Source of the DNA: Candidatus Latescibacterota bacterium
Lineage (GTDB): Bacteria; Latescibacterota; UBA2968; UBA8231
DNA length: 64,000 nt
Assembly: GCA_965248265.1 (NCBI GenBank)
Contig: CBDFJF010000002.1
Location: 896,001 to 960,000, forward strand
Reading direction: 5' to 3'
Shown: piece by piece, positions 48,481 through 59,700 of the stretch
Position numbering within the stretch: position 1 is the stretch's first letter
How the letters are laid out: each line of letters begins with the position of its first letter
Program-made: the position numbers and the translations under genes
The notes under the pieces: generated by a model
Databases searched by the model: none
Seen by the model: the letters and a program-made list of their open reading frames with translations, nothing else
Told to the model about the DNA's origin: nothing

Positions 48481-48580
48481 CGGCATTCTCGGGAGTCAGT
48501 CAAACGGTTTTTAGGCTTTTCGAGGCCCTCAACACCCTCGAAAAACCTCAAACGCGCTTGACTGACGCCCGATAACGCCC
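48481..48580. repeat. Long imperfect palindrome (arms of about 45 bp)
   Basis: cgggagtcagtcaaacggtttttaggcttttcgagg pairs with cctcgaaaaacctcaaacgcgcttgactgacgcccg around a short loop; the right arm recurs at 33830-33877. Confidence 0.8.
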
Positions 48581-48992
48581 TTTGTAACCACTACACATTT
48601 TGCATGTTGGTGGCCGGTTTCGAATGTGGTACCAACTCGGCAACCTAGGTCGTAAGGAGTGCGGGGTTTGTCATGCGGTTAGCTCCGATGGTGTAAGGGG
48701 GCAGCAACAACATTCTCTTCTCTGTCGCCCGGACAGGCATGGAAAATCCCTGTGTAGTCTACGACCCTACGGTATGGTCCGGATGAGCGGTTCAAGATGA
48801 TCACCCGCAACAGGGAGGCGGTCCTGGCATACATGGGCATGTTTCGCCAGACGGCATGCTCTGGCGATTGGGTGACGCGGATCCGAACATCACTGCGCTT
48901 GGAAAAATAGTGGCCGCCCTCACCGAAGCCCGCTCGATCCAGCGCTACCTGGCTCGATGAGAAAATCTTCTATGGCGATCGTACCCGTCCCA

Positions 48993-49985
48993 TCAATGGC
49001 GCAGCAGGTTGCGCGTAGAGACACTGGCTTTGACCACGAGGCTATTGGCGCGCTGAGCCGCAAAGTATGGGGTCAGTGCGCCACCGAACCCGCGTTTGAA
49101 AAGCGCAATTCCAGGCATGTTGGCCCCAACGAAGTCGAAGCTCGCACTGTCTGATTGCTCCAGGAACTTCCAGTAGAGCAGGGAGGTAGCCCCACTGTCG
49201 CGGATCGCTGGATCGGCCCCGGCCACCCAGGCGTGCATGCAATCGAAACCTTTGACGAACGTGACGATGGATGCGGGTTCGCCAGAGGCAGACTCCACCA
49301 GCTGCGTCTCGGTGAGTCCCTTCTTCTGGGCGGCTGCGGCAAAGCGCTCGACGACTTCTGGCGACACTGGCGCACGCTCAGGCTGGGCGGCATAGATCAA
49401 CTCGTATTGTCTACGCAGCAACCCCACATCCTCAACCTGTCGAAGCTGGCAACCTTCCCTCTCCGCTTTTCGTATTACGGTGCGGACCCGCCGCTCGACC
49501 CGGTTCCAGATGGCCTCGGGGTCACCCAAGTGTATGTGATAGGTATAGCGCGGCTGGACGTCCCATTTCGACCAGATGAGATCTCTCATATCGACAATGT
49601 CAGGGGCATGGGTGAGTTGGACCGAATCGTAGCGCTGGGTCAAAAACTCGGATAGGATCCTGGTCGCGGCGCTGTGTTCGGACTCGGTTCGGGCTGGGCT
49701 GTCACTGGCCACGGGGGCGTACAGAAAACCACCATGGGGACACAGGTCCGGGGTTGTGAAGAATCGGAAGGGACCGCGCTTGCGTTCGATACCAGTAACT
49801 CCGGCTACCAGATTACCTTTGTGGTAGCTGCCGAAGAGTCGCACGGGTCGGTCGATGGCCTCTTGGGCACACTCCAGCCAGGCGCTGGTAGAGAACACGG
49901 TCCCCCCGGTCGCCGTGCGGACAAACTCGTCCCACTGCCCGGTATCCGTGACCTCCACTACCTGCCGCGCCTCTTCCGCCATCAA
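48993..49985 (-). CDS. GNAT/FemAB-like acetyltransferase domain protein
   Basis: WDEFV..ATGGTVF...WL, RTVIRKAE and FDFVGAN...IALFKRGFGG motifs. Confidence 0.8.
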   Translation of the reverse strand: MMAEEARQVVEVTDTGQWDEFVRTATGGTVFSTSAWLECAQEAIDRPVRLFGSYHKGNLVAGVTGIERKRGPFRFFTTPDLCPHGGFLYAPVASDSPARTESEHSAATRILSEFLTQRYDSVQLTHAPDIVDMRDLIWSKWDVQPRYTYHIHLGDPEAIWNRVERRVRTVIRKAEREGCQLRQVEDVGLLRRQYELIYAAQPERAPVSPEVVERFAAAAQKKGLTETQLVESASGEPASIVTFVKGFDCMHAWVAGADPAIRDSGATSLLYWKFLEQSDSASFDFVGANMPGIALFKRGFGGALTPYFAAQRANSLVVKASVSTRNLLRH

Positions 49986-50043
49986 CGCCTACTCGAGTAA
50001 ACTACCTGCAAATTCATGCCGATGAACCCAATAGTGTTGTGTC

Positions 50044-50072
50044 TTGACACTGAAAAAACCGCGATCTATATT
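50044..50072 (+). promoter_or_regulatory. Sigma70-type promoter of the ilvC-leu operon
   Basis: TTGACA, 17-nt spacer, TATATT. Confidence 0.7.
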
Positions 50073-50087
50073 AGCTAGACTTACGCA

Positions 50088-50319
50088 ATGCGTAACTTGT
50101 TGGCACCGTTCGATTTGCCGCCGAAATCTGTTACTGAAATGAGCCCAGCGAATTCGACATCCTTCCGGACTTCGTCCTGCCTCAATCCCCTGGTACGCAC
50201 CGAGGGCGAGGTATTGCTGCGCGCTCGTTCCTACCTCCCGCTGGTCAGCCTCCTTCTTATTCAGTTGATCCAGTAGGCTCCGCTTTTTTTCTCACTAACA
50301 GGAAAATCGGACGGAGCCT
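50088..50319 (+). promoter_or_regulatory. Candidate leader peptide plus hairpin (branched-chain amino acid control)
   Basis: uORF ending LPLVSLLLIQLIQ; its stop overlaps the stem aggctccg (50275-50282)/cggagcct (50312-50319). Confidence 0.4.
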
Positions 50320-50396
50320 CTGAAGAAATTCAAAGGCCATCACGCCGTTATGTCTAATCACCACCTTATGTCCAATTAGCCAGGAGAATCAAGAGG

Positions 50397-51389
50397 ATGC
50401 AGATGTTTTATGACGATGACGCCAATTTGGAGCTGTTGGGCGAAAAGACCGTGGCCGTCATCGGTTACGGCAGCCAGGGCCACGCGCACTCTCTCAATCT
50501 AAAGGAGAGTGGCGTCAGTGTCGTCGTCGGTCTCCGGGAAGGCAGCGCCAGGCGGGCCGAGGCGGAGGCCGCAGGGTTGAAGGTCATGTCGGTTGCCGAG
50601 GCCTCCAAGGCCGGTGACATCATCATGATTCTGATCAACGACGAGATCCAGGGCAAGGTCTTCGAAACCGACATCAAGCCCAACCTGGAGGAGGGCAACG
50701 CCCTGGCCTTCGCCCATGGGTTCAACATCCATTTCGGGCAGGTGGTTCCCCCGGACAATGTCGACGTCTTCATGGTGGCGCCCAAGGGTCCGGGACACCT
50801 GGTGCGTCGCGTCTACGAAGAGGGCGGTGGTGTGCCGGGGTTGCTGGCGGTGGAGCAGGATGCCACGGGGCGCGCCCACGAGATCGGCCTGGCTTATGCC
50901 AAGGGGATCGGTTGTACCCGCGGTGGTGTGATCACGACGACCTTCCGTGAAGAGACCGAGACCGACTTGTTCGGTGAGCAGGTGGTGTTGTGTGGTGGTC
51001 TGACCGAATTGATCCGCGCCGGCTTTGACACTCTGGTTGAAGCGGGGTATCAGCCCGAAGTCGCCTATTTCGAATGCTTGCACGAAGTGAAACTGATAGT
51101 CGATCTGATCTACGAGGGCGGTATCGCCAACATGCGCTCGTCCATTTCCGATACGGCTGAGTTCGGGGATCTGACGCGCGGCAGGCGGCTGATCACGGAC
51201 GAGTCGCGCCAGATCATGAAGGGGATTCTCAGCGACATCCAGACTGGTCGGTTCGCCAAGGAATGGATGTCTGAGAACCAGGTCGGGCGTCCGGTCTACA
51301 ACGCGATCAAGAAGCAGGATGAAGAGCATCTCATCGAGACAGTGGGTGCCAAGCTGCGCGGTATGATGAGCTGGTTGGACAAGAAATAG
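50397..51389 (+). CDS. ilvC: Ketol-acid reductoisomerase
   Basis: [32 protein letters not shown] and [16 protein letters not shown] motifs. Confidence 0.98.
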   Translation: MQMFYDDDANLELLGEKTVAVIGYGSQGHAHSLNLKESGVSVVVGLREGSARRAEAEAAGLKVMSVAEASKAGDIIMILINDEIQGKVFETDIKPNLEEGNALAFAHGFNIHFGQVVPPDNVDVFMVAPKGPGHLVRRVYEEGGGVPGLLAVEQDATGRAHEIGLAYAKGIGCTRGGVITTTFREETETDLFGEQVVLCGGLTELIRAGFDTLVEAGYQPEVAYFECLHEVKLIVDLIYEGGIANMRSSISDTAEFGDLTRGRRLITDESRQIMKGILSDIQTGRFAKEWMSENQVGRPVYNAIKKQDEEHLIETVGAKLRGMMSWLDKK

Positions 51390-51670
51390 CAGAACACGGC
51401 AGGCGCTGTATCGAAGACACGCGACTCAGGGCGCCAACCGGACGCTTACAGGTAACACGGAAAGGGGGTGATGAAGATGGAACCTACTCTGTCAGGGCTG
51501 GACGATACCATCGAGCCAGAGCTTAGGTGGTCCGCGAAGCGGACTGACCAGCAGGCGCATGGAATCATGGCCGGCAGGTTTCATCTCACCCCGAGTTGCA
51601 ACCTCCCCGGCCTCACCCGAATGTCGAACGCGCTAAGGCGCGCGATTTAGGCTTTTCAGGAGACCGACCG

Positions 51671-53233
51671 ATGGCCAAGGATAGCGACAAGAACAAGGTA
51701 TTCATCTTCGACACGACGTTGCGTGACGCCGAGCAGACGCCGGGCGCCACGCTGACGATTCCGGACAAGTTCAAGATCGCGGAGCAACTGGCGCGGCTGA
51801 ACGTCGACATCATCGAGGCGGGGTTTCCCATCTCTTCGAACGAGGACTTCGAGGCGGTCAAGCGCATCGCCCACGAGGTCGAGGGTCCACGCATTTGCGC
51901 ATTGGCCAGGGCAGTAGCTCTGGATATCAACCGCGGCTGCGACGCCCTCGAGGGTGGCATGAGCACCCGTCTGCACACCTTCGTCGGCACCTCGCCGAAT
52001 CATCAAGAGATGATGAACAAGACGCCGGAGCAGGTGCTGACGATGGCGGTGGAGGCGGTCGAACTGGCTGCTTCGCGCTGCGAGGACGTCGAGTTTTCAC
52101 CGATGGACGCGACGCGGACGGATCCGGCGTACCTGAACGAAGTGGTTGAGGCGACGATCGCCGCTGGTGCGACCACCATAAACATCCCCGATACGGTCGG
52201 TTATGGTGTGCCCGAGCAGTTCGGCGAGTTGATCCGCGGGATCATGGAGAATGTCTCCAACGTCGACGACGCCATCATCGCTGTGCATTGTCACGATGAT
52301 CTGGGGATGGCGGTATCGAATACGCTGTCCGCCTTGATGGATGGCGCCCGCCAGGTCGAGTGCACGGTCAATGGTCTGGGGGAACGGGCTGGCAATGCCT
52401 CGCTGGAAGAAGTGGTGATGGCGCTGGCGACTCGTGAGGACTACTACCACCTGTTCACGGATGTCGTCACGAAGGAGATCATTTCGACCAGTCGCCTGGT
52501 GACTCGCCTGATGGGGATCGCGGTGGCGCCGAACAAGGCGATCGTCGGCGCCAATGCCTTCGCCCACAGCTCGGGCATTCATCAGGATGGCGTGCTCAAG
52601 AATCGGAGAAACTTCGAGATCATGTCGCCACGCGACGTCGGCCTGGACGACACGGCGATCGTGCTGACGGCCCGGTCCGGACGTCATGCATTGAGTTTCC
52701 GCCTGCAGGAACTGGGCTACCACCTCTCGGCGGAAGAGCTCAACAAGGCCTATGAGCGCTTCCTGGAAGTGGCGGACAAGAAGAAGGAGGTCTTCGACGA
52801 GGACCTGATGGCTATCGTCGGTGACGAGATCCGCGACGCTCCAGAGCGCTACAAGCTCGAGTACCTGCACACGGTCAGCGGCTCGGGCACGGTGCCCTCG
52901 GCGACGGTTCGTATCGCGATTGAGGGGGAAGAGCCGATACAGAAATCAGCCTGGGGGGATGGCCCGGTCGATGCGACCTATGAGGCGATCAACCTAGCGA
53001 CGGGATCCAGGTCTACGGTAAACGTCGACGAGTACGCCATCCAGGCGATCACCAGCGGCAGCCAGGCGATGGGTGAGGTGACCGTGCGCATTTCAGAGGG
53101 TGACAAGAAGACGACCGGCCACGGCGCCTCGACGGATGTCATTGAGGCCAGCGCGAAGGCCTACATCGACGCATTGAACCGGATGCACACGCTCAAGGGG
53201 CGCCAACTACAGCCGAAACAGCAGGCTGTTTGA
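51671..53233 (+). CDS. leuA: 2-isopropylmalate synthase
   Basis: IFDTTLRD, EAGFP, PDTVG, HCHDDLG, GERAGN, HSSGIHQDG and C-terminal regulatory domain GPVDA...DVIEAS. Confidence 0.95.
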   Translation: MAKDSDKNKVFIFDTTLRDAEQTPGATLTIPDKFKIAEQLARLNVDIIEAGFPISSNEDFEAVKRIAHEVEGPRICALARAVALDINRGCDALEGGMSTRLHTFVGTSPNHQEMMNKTPEQVLTMAVEAVELAASRCEDVEFSPMDATRTDPAYLNEVVEATIAAGATTINIPDTVGYGVPEQFGELIRGIMENVSNVDDAIIAVHCHDDLGMAVSNTLSALMDGARQVECTVNGLGERAGNASLEEVVMALATREDYYHLFTDVVTKEIISTSRLVTRLMGIAVAPNKAIVGANAFAHSSGIHQDGVLKNRRNFEIMSPRDVGLDDTAIVLTARSGRHALSFRLQELGYHLSAEELNKAYERFLEVADKKKEVFDEDLMAIVGDEIRDAPERYKLEYLHTVSGSGTVPSATVRIAIEGEEPIQKSAWGDGPVDATYEAINLATGSRSTVNVDEYAIQAITSGSQAMGEVTVRISEGDKKTTGHGASTDVIEASAKAYIDALNRMHTLKGRQLQPKQQAV

Positions 53234-53245
53234 GAGGGCAGATAA

Positions 53246-54649
<1,404 letters not shown>

Positions 54650-54742
54650 AGAAACAGAAAGAACAATCAGACAAACAGAAAGAACCGTACGCCGGGCACG
54701 CTGGGGATCCTCCCGCGTCTGGCGCTGTAATAACAAAAGGGC

Positions 54743-55357
54743 ATGACGATGACGAACGCAGTTTCAGATTCAGCAGTAAGCGAGGTCACCGGAACCGCCG
54801 TCCCGGTTCGCGGCGACGAAATGGACACGGACCGCATCATCCCCGCGCGCTTCCTGAAAGCGGTCACCTTCGACGGACTCGAGGAGCACGTCTTCGAAGA
54901 CGACCGTTCCAGTGGTGGGCATACGTTTGACGATGAGCGCTATCAACAGGCCTCGATCCTGGTCGCCAACAAGAACTTCGGCTGTGGCTCGTCGCGAGAG
55001 CACGCCCCACAGGCGCTGACCCGCTGGGGTATCAAGGCCTTTGTGGCGGAGTCGTTCGCGGAGATCTTTTTCGGCAACTGCCTGTCACTCGGACTGCCCT
55101 GCGTCACGGTTTCGGCAGAGGATGCGCAGCGCATCATGGAGGCGGTTGAGGCAGACTCGTCGCTGGCAGTGGCTGTGGATGTCAACGGCAGGGAAGTTCG
55201 CTTCGGCAGCGAGTCGGTGCCGGCCGGCATTCCCGATGGTACCCGCGATCAGTTCGTGAAGGGCACCTGGGATGCTCTGGGGCAGTTGTTGGAGGGGCGC
55301 GAGGATATCGAGAAGACGGCAGCCTCGCTGCCGTACCTGTCAGGGTTTAAGGGCTGA
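54743..55357 (+). CDS. leuD: 3-isopropylmalate dehydratase small subunit
   Basis: DTDRIIPARFLK, NFGCGSSREHAP and SFAEIFFGN motifs. Confidence 0.97.
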   Translation: MTMTNAVSDSAVSEVTGTAVPVRGDEMDTDRIIPARFLKAVTFDGLEEHVFEDDRSSGGHTFDDERYQQASILVANKNFGCGSSREHAPQALTRWGIKAFVAESFAEIFFGNCLSLGLPCVTVSAEDAQRIMEAVEADSSLAVAVDVNGREVRFGSESVPAGIPDGTRDQFVKGTWDALGQLLEGREDIEKTAASLPYLSGFKG

Positions 55358-55392
55358 CCGAGTCAGGTCCTCAGCCAACATCTGCAGTTGCG

Positions 55393-55644
55393 ATGAATGA
55401 CACACCGGAACATATAGAGCGCCGTTTCCGCGAGCTGATGATGGCCCGTTCGCCGGTCGATCGATTAAAGATGGCCTGTGATATGTTCACGACGGCGAAG
55501 ACTCTGGCGCTAGCTGGAATTGCGCAAGAAGCAAGAGATGCGACACCAGCCGAGGTTCGTAAGTTGTTGTTTCTTAGGACGTACGGGCAGGATTTCAGCC
55601 CACAACAACGAGCAAAGATCGTGGCTCATATTGAAGCAACGTAG
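55393..55644 (+). CDS. Small hypothetical protein, antitoxin-like, inserted between leuD and leuB
   Basis: MNDTPEHIE...MMARSPVDRLKMACDMF...LFLRTYG. Confidence 0.65.
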   Translation: MNDTPEHIERRFRELMMARSPVDRLKMACDMFTTAKTLALAGIAQEARDATPAEVRKLLFLRTYGQDFSPQQRAKIVAHIEAT

Positions 55645-55716
55645 CATCTTGGAACTCAGTTCACGGCGATCGCAGCAAAGGCGTTAGCTCAACAACATTT
55701 AGAAAGGATTTCATCA

Positions 55717-56775
55717 GTGTACAAGATCGCGGTTATAGGGGGTGACGGGACCGGACCCGAGGTAGTAGACGAAGGTCTCAAGGTGTTGCAGGTGGTGAGT
55801 GAAAAAGTCGGTTTCAAGTACGAGCCCACGGAGTTCGATTTCGGTGGCGACCGTTATCTGCGCACCGACGAGGTGTTGCCTGCATCTGCCGTCGAGGATC
55901 TGCGTCAGTTCGACACCATTTATCTGGGCGCCATCGGCCATCCGGATGTGAAGCCGGGGATTCTGGAGAAGGGCATTCTCCTGCACCTGCGCTTCGAGCT
56001 GGACCAGTACATCAACCTGCGCCCGGTGAAGCTCTACCCGAATGTGCCGACGCCGCTCAAGGACAAGGGGCCCGAGCACATCGATTTCGTCGTGGTGCGC
56101 GAGAACACGGAGGGCATTTACACCGGTGCCGGCGGTTTTCTGAAGAAGGGGACCCCCGACGAGATCGCCGTGCAGGAGTCGATCAACACTCGTAAGGGCG
56201 TCGAGCGTTGTGTGCGCTACGCCTACGAGTACACCCGCAAGCGCAATCGCGAAAACACACTGACCCTGTGCGGCAAGACCAACGTGCTGACCTTCGCCTT
56301 CGATCTGTGGGAGCGAACCTTCAACGAAGTCGGCGAACAAGACTACGCCGACATCAAGCGCGACTACGCCCACGTCGATGCCATCTGCATGTGGATGGTC
56401 AAGAATCCGGAGTGGTTCGATGTCATCGTTACCGACAACATTTTCGGCGACATCATCACTGACCTGGGTGCGATGATCCAGGGCGGCATGGGGATCGCGG
56501 CCGGAGGCAACATCAATCCCGAGGGCGTGTCAATGTTCGAGCCGATTGGTGGCTCAGCGCCCAAGTACACGGGTCAGGGCGTTATCAATCCTCTGGCCGC
56601 CATAGGCGCCATGCAGCTGATGATCGCGACGCTGGGAGAAGACAAGGCGGCGGCGATTGTCGAGGACGCCATCGTCGAAACGCTCGGCAAACTGAAGGAC
56701 ATGGGCGCCGGCAAGATGGGTTACACCACGTCCGAGGTTGGCGACCTGGTGGCGCAATCTGTGGCGGACGCCTGA
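55717..56775 (+). CDS. leuB: 3-isopropylmalate dehydrogenase
   Basis: [37 protein letters not shown] and FEPIGGSAP motifs; operon context. Confidence 0.93.
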   Translation: MYKIAVIGGDGTGPEVVDEGLKVLQVVSEKVGFKYEPTEFDFGGDRYLRTDEVLPASAVEDLRQFDTIYLGAIGHPDVKPGILEKGILLHLRFELDQYINLRPVKLYPNVPTPLKDKGPEHIDFVVVRENTEGIYTGAGGFLKKGTPDEIAVQESINTRKGVERCVRYAYEYTRKRNRENTLTLCGKTNVLTFAFDLWERTFNEVGEQDYADIKRDYAHVDAICMWMVKNPEWFDVIVTDNIFGDIITDLGAMIQGGMGIAAGGNINPEGVSMFEPIGGSAPKYTGQGVINPLAAIGAMQLMIATLGEDKAAAIVEDAIVETLGKLKDMGAGKMGYTTSEVGDLVAQSVADA

Positions 56776-56797
56776 GATACGGCAGCAAGCGACGTGA

Positions 56798-57004
56798 ATG
56801 AGAACCCCGTCGGCCGATGAGGCTCTAAAAGGATCTTTTCAGACCGGTGAGATTCGGACCATCAGTCGCAAAGAAGACGGTACCGACGCACCGGAAAATG
56901 TCATCGAGGCGAGCTGGCTGGCACTGCTGGACAGCCTCCATTTCAAACTGATGCGGGACGCGGTTGTCGCCTCGCAGGTCAAGGGTGGTACAGGAACATA
57001 CTGA
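56798..57004 (+). pseudogene. C-terminal remnant of a citramalate synthase/LeuA-type regulatory domain
   Basis: ENVIEASWLALLDSLHFKLMRD resembles the extreme C-terminus of CimA; the catalytic domain is absent. Confidence 0.6.
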
Positions 57005-58218
57005 TGCAGGAGATCGAAAACGGCAGCATTACCTCTCCCGAGGGCATCCAGGCAGCCGGCATGCATGCTGGGGTCAAGTCGGACAGCAGCATCAAGGACC
57101 TGGCCCTGGTTTACTCGACGGCTCCGGCAACCGCGGCTGCCGTGTACACCAAAAACCTGGTGCAGGCGGCGCCCATTCACGTTGACCGCGAACATCTGCA
57201 GGACGGGTTGGCCCGGGCCGTCATCCTGAACAGCGGCAATGCCAACGCCTGCACCGGCGAGGCCGGCATGGATCATGCCCGCCGCATGTGCGCGGCCACG
57301 GCCGCGGCGCTGGGTCTGGTGAACAGCGATGTCCTCGTCTGCTCCACCGGGTTGATCGGGTCACAACTGCCAATCGAGAAGATCGAAACGGGTATACCCA
57401 TCGTGGCCGGCAGTCTGTCGGATCAAGGTGGTCCAGATGCCGCGCTCGGCATCATGACAACGGATACCTTCGCCAAACACTGCGCCGTGCAGGTCGAGCT
57501 TGAAGCAGGCCTGGTCACGGTTGGCGCTATTGCCAAGGGGGCAGCCATGATCGCACCGAACATGGCGACGATGCTGGCACTGGTGTCCATGGACGCCCGG
57601 GTGTCCAGCGCCGATCTGCAGACGCTACTCTCCGCGGCGGTGAGCCGGACCTTCAACTGTATCACCGTCGACGGCGACATGAGCACGAACGACACCGTCA
57701 TCGCCATGGCCAATGGCGCGGCTCTCGCAGACGGGGTCCAGGTTGTCGCCAACAGCGCTGACGGACGGAAGCTTGGAGATGCTATCGAAGCGGTGTGCAG
57801 CGAGATGGCAAAGGCGATCGCCCGTGACGCTGAAGGGTCGACGAAGCTGATTACTATCCAGGTAAACGGCGCCCGGGTTGAAAGTGATGCCCGGCGGGTC
57901 GGGCTTTCCGTGGCAAACTCCAACCTGGTGAAGACGGCCATGTTCGGCTGCGACCCCAACTGGGGACGGATCTTATGCGCGGTGGGCTACTCAGGGGTCG
58001 ACCTCGATCCTGATCGGGTAGAAGTGCAGCTGTGCGGGACCTCCATTTATACCGACGGCGCCGGGACCGCATTCGATGAGGCGGCCTTGAGTACTGCCAT
58101 GCAGGCGGAGGACATTCCCATAGACATCGATCTGGGTGCGGGATCGGAATCCGCGCAGATCTTCACCTGCGACCTGACCTACGACTATGTTCGGTTGAAC
58201 GCGGAATACACTACCTAG
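57004..58218 (+). CDS. argJ: Bifunctional glutamate N-acetyltransferase/amino-acid acetyltransferase
   Basis: NSGNANACTG, STGLIG, IMTTDT, KGAAMIAPNMATML, DMSTND, DPNWGR and CDLTYDYV...NAEY motifs. Confidence 0.97.
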   Translation: MQEIENGSITSPEGIQAAGMHAGVKSDSSIKDLALVYSTAPATAAAVYTKNLVQAAPIHVDREHLQDGLARAVILNSGNANACTGEAGMDHARRMCAATAAALGLVNSDVLVCSTGLIGSQLPIEKIETGIPIVAGSLSDQGGPDAALGIMTTDTFAKHCAVQVELEAGLVTVGAIAKGAAMIAPNMATMLALVSMDARVSSADLQTLLSAAVSRTFNCITVDGDMSTNDTVIAMANGAALADGVQVVANSADGRKLGDAIEAVCSEMAKAIARDAEGSTKLITIQVNGARVESDARRVGLSVANSNLVKTAMFGCDPNWGRILCAVGYSGVDLDPDRVEVQLCGTSIYTDGAGTAFDEAALSTAMQAEDIPIDIDLGAGSESAQIFTCDLTYDYVRLNAEYTT

Positions 58219-58278
58219 CTGGATCTCCAAATGCCGTGTCTCTAAACCCGTGTCTCTAAACCCCGGTTCACCGTAACC

Positions 58279-59496
58279 ATGGCCCTGTCCGAATACGTCC
58301 TGTCCGAATACGTCCAGCGCATCGAGCCGTCCCCGACGATGGCGATCGATGCCAAAGCCAAGCAGATGCAACGGGATGGCATCGATGTCATCTCTCTGGC
58401 AGCCGGGGAGCCGGACTTCGACACGCCCGACCACATCAAAGAGGCCGGCATTCAGGCCATCAGGGACGGCCACACCAAGTACACGCAGGCGGCCGGCATT
58501 CCGGAACTCAAAAAGGCGATCCTGCAGCGACTGGTCACTGACGACGGGCTGGAATACACCCAGGACCAGGTGATCGTCAACTGCGGTGGCAAGCATACCC
58601 TCTACCTGGCGGGAGCGACTCTGGTCAGTCCCGGGGATGAAGTCATCGTGCCGGCGCCGTATTGGGTCTCCTCTTCCGAACAGCCGAAACTGGTCGGTGG
58701 CAACACCGTCATCGTTCAGACCAGTGAGGCGGACGGGCTGAAGCTGACGGCCAAAGGCTTTCGCGAGGCTATCACGGCGAAAACGAAGATGGTCGTCTTG
58801 AATACTCCATCAAACCCAAGCGGCGTGGTTTATACGAGACAGGAACTGGAGGCCGTGGCCGAGGTGGCCGTCGAGCATGGCATCCACATCCTCAGCGACG
58901 AGATCTATGACAAGCTGATCTACGACGGCGTCGAGCATGTGTCGGTCGCCAGTCTCAGCGAGCAGGTTAAGGAGCTCACGATCGTCGTCAAAGGGGTATC
59001 CAAGAGCTACGCCATGACGGGTTGGCGCGTCGGCTACGCAGCCGGTCCAACCGAGGTCATCGCCGGCATGATCAAGGCGCAGATGCAGATTCTGTCGCAC
59101 ACCAGCTCGATTTCTCAGCGAGCTGCGGTCACGGCCCTGACCGGTTCGCAGGAGTGCGTGGAAGAGATGCGGCAGGAATATGATCGTAGACGCAAGCGTA
59201 TGGTCGAAGGGTTCAATCAGATTGAAGGGCTGAAGTGCCCGATGCCGCAGGGAGCATTTTACGCCTATCCCGATATTTCCGCGTATTTTGGCCGTTCGCG
59301 GCCGGGGGGCGGAGAGCGAATTGAAGATGGCACAGGGCTATGCGATTATCTGTTGGACGAGGCCCGGGTGGCCTGCGTGCCGGGGGTCAGTTTCGGCACC
59401 CAGGAACACATGCGGGTCTCTTACGCCACGTCGATGGAGATCATCGAGGGGGCGATTGATCGTATAGGGACGGCGCTGGACAAGCTTGAAGCGTAA
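58279..59496 (+). CDS. aspC: Class I PLP-dependent aminotransferase (aspartate aminotransferase-like)
   Basis: GEPDFDTP, NTPSNPSG, SDEIYD, SKSYAMTGWRVGY and RVSYAT motifs. Confidence 0.9.
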   Translation: MALSEYVLSEYVQRIEPSPTMAIDAKAKQMQRDGIDVISLAAGEPDFDTPDHIKEAGIQAIRDGHTKYTQAAGIPELKKAILQRLVTDDGLEYTQDQVIVNCGGKHTLYLAGATLVSPGDEVIVPAPYWVSSSEQPKLVGGNTVIVQTSEADGLKLTAKGFREAITAKTKMVVLNTPSNPSGVVYTRQELEAVAEVAVEHGIHILSDEIYDKLIYDGVEHVSVASLSEQVKELTIVVKGVSKSYAMTGWRVGYAAGPTEVIAGMIKAQMQILSHTSSISQRAAVTALTGSQECVEEMRQEYDRRRKRMVEGFNQIEGLKCPMPQGAFYAYPDISAYFGRSRPGGGERIEDGTGLCDYLLDEARVACVPGVSFGTQEHMRVSYATSMEIIEGAIDRIGTALDKLEA

Positions 59497-59700
59497 GTCG
59501 GTGCGTGCCTGGCCGTTTCTAGGCGCAGGGCGTCGAGCCTTATTTCGGACAATCAGTGGCAGCGATTACTGCGAGGCGATGAAGGGTGCATGGCCTGCAG
59601 GCATCTTTCCCGGTACAATGCTCGTCGCGCAGTGACCAGGCAGGGAGAAATCAGGTTTCTGTGACGAAGCAACCGAGTACACTTGGTGTCTATATAGTCA

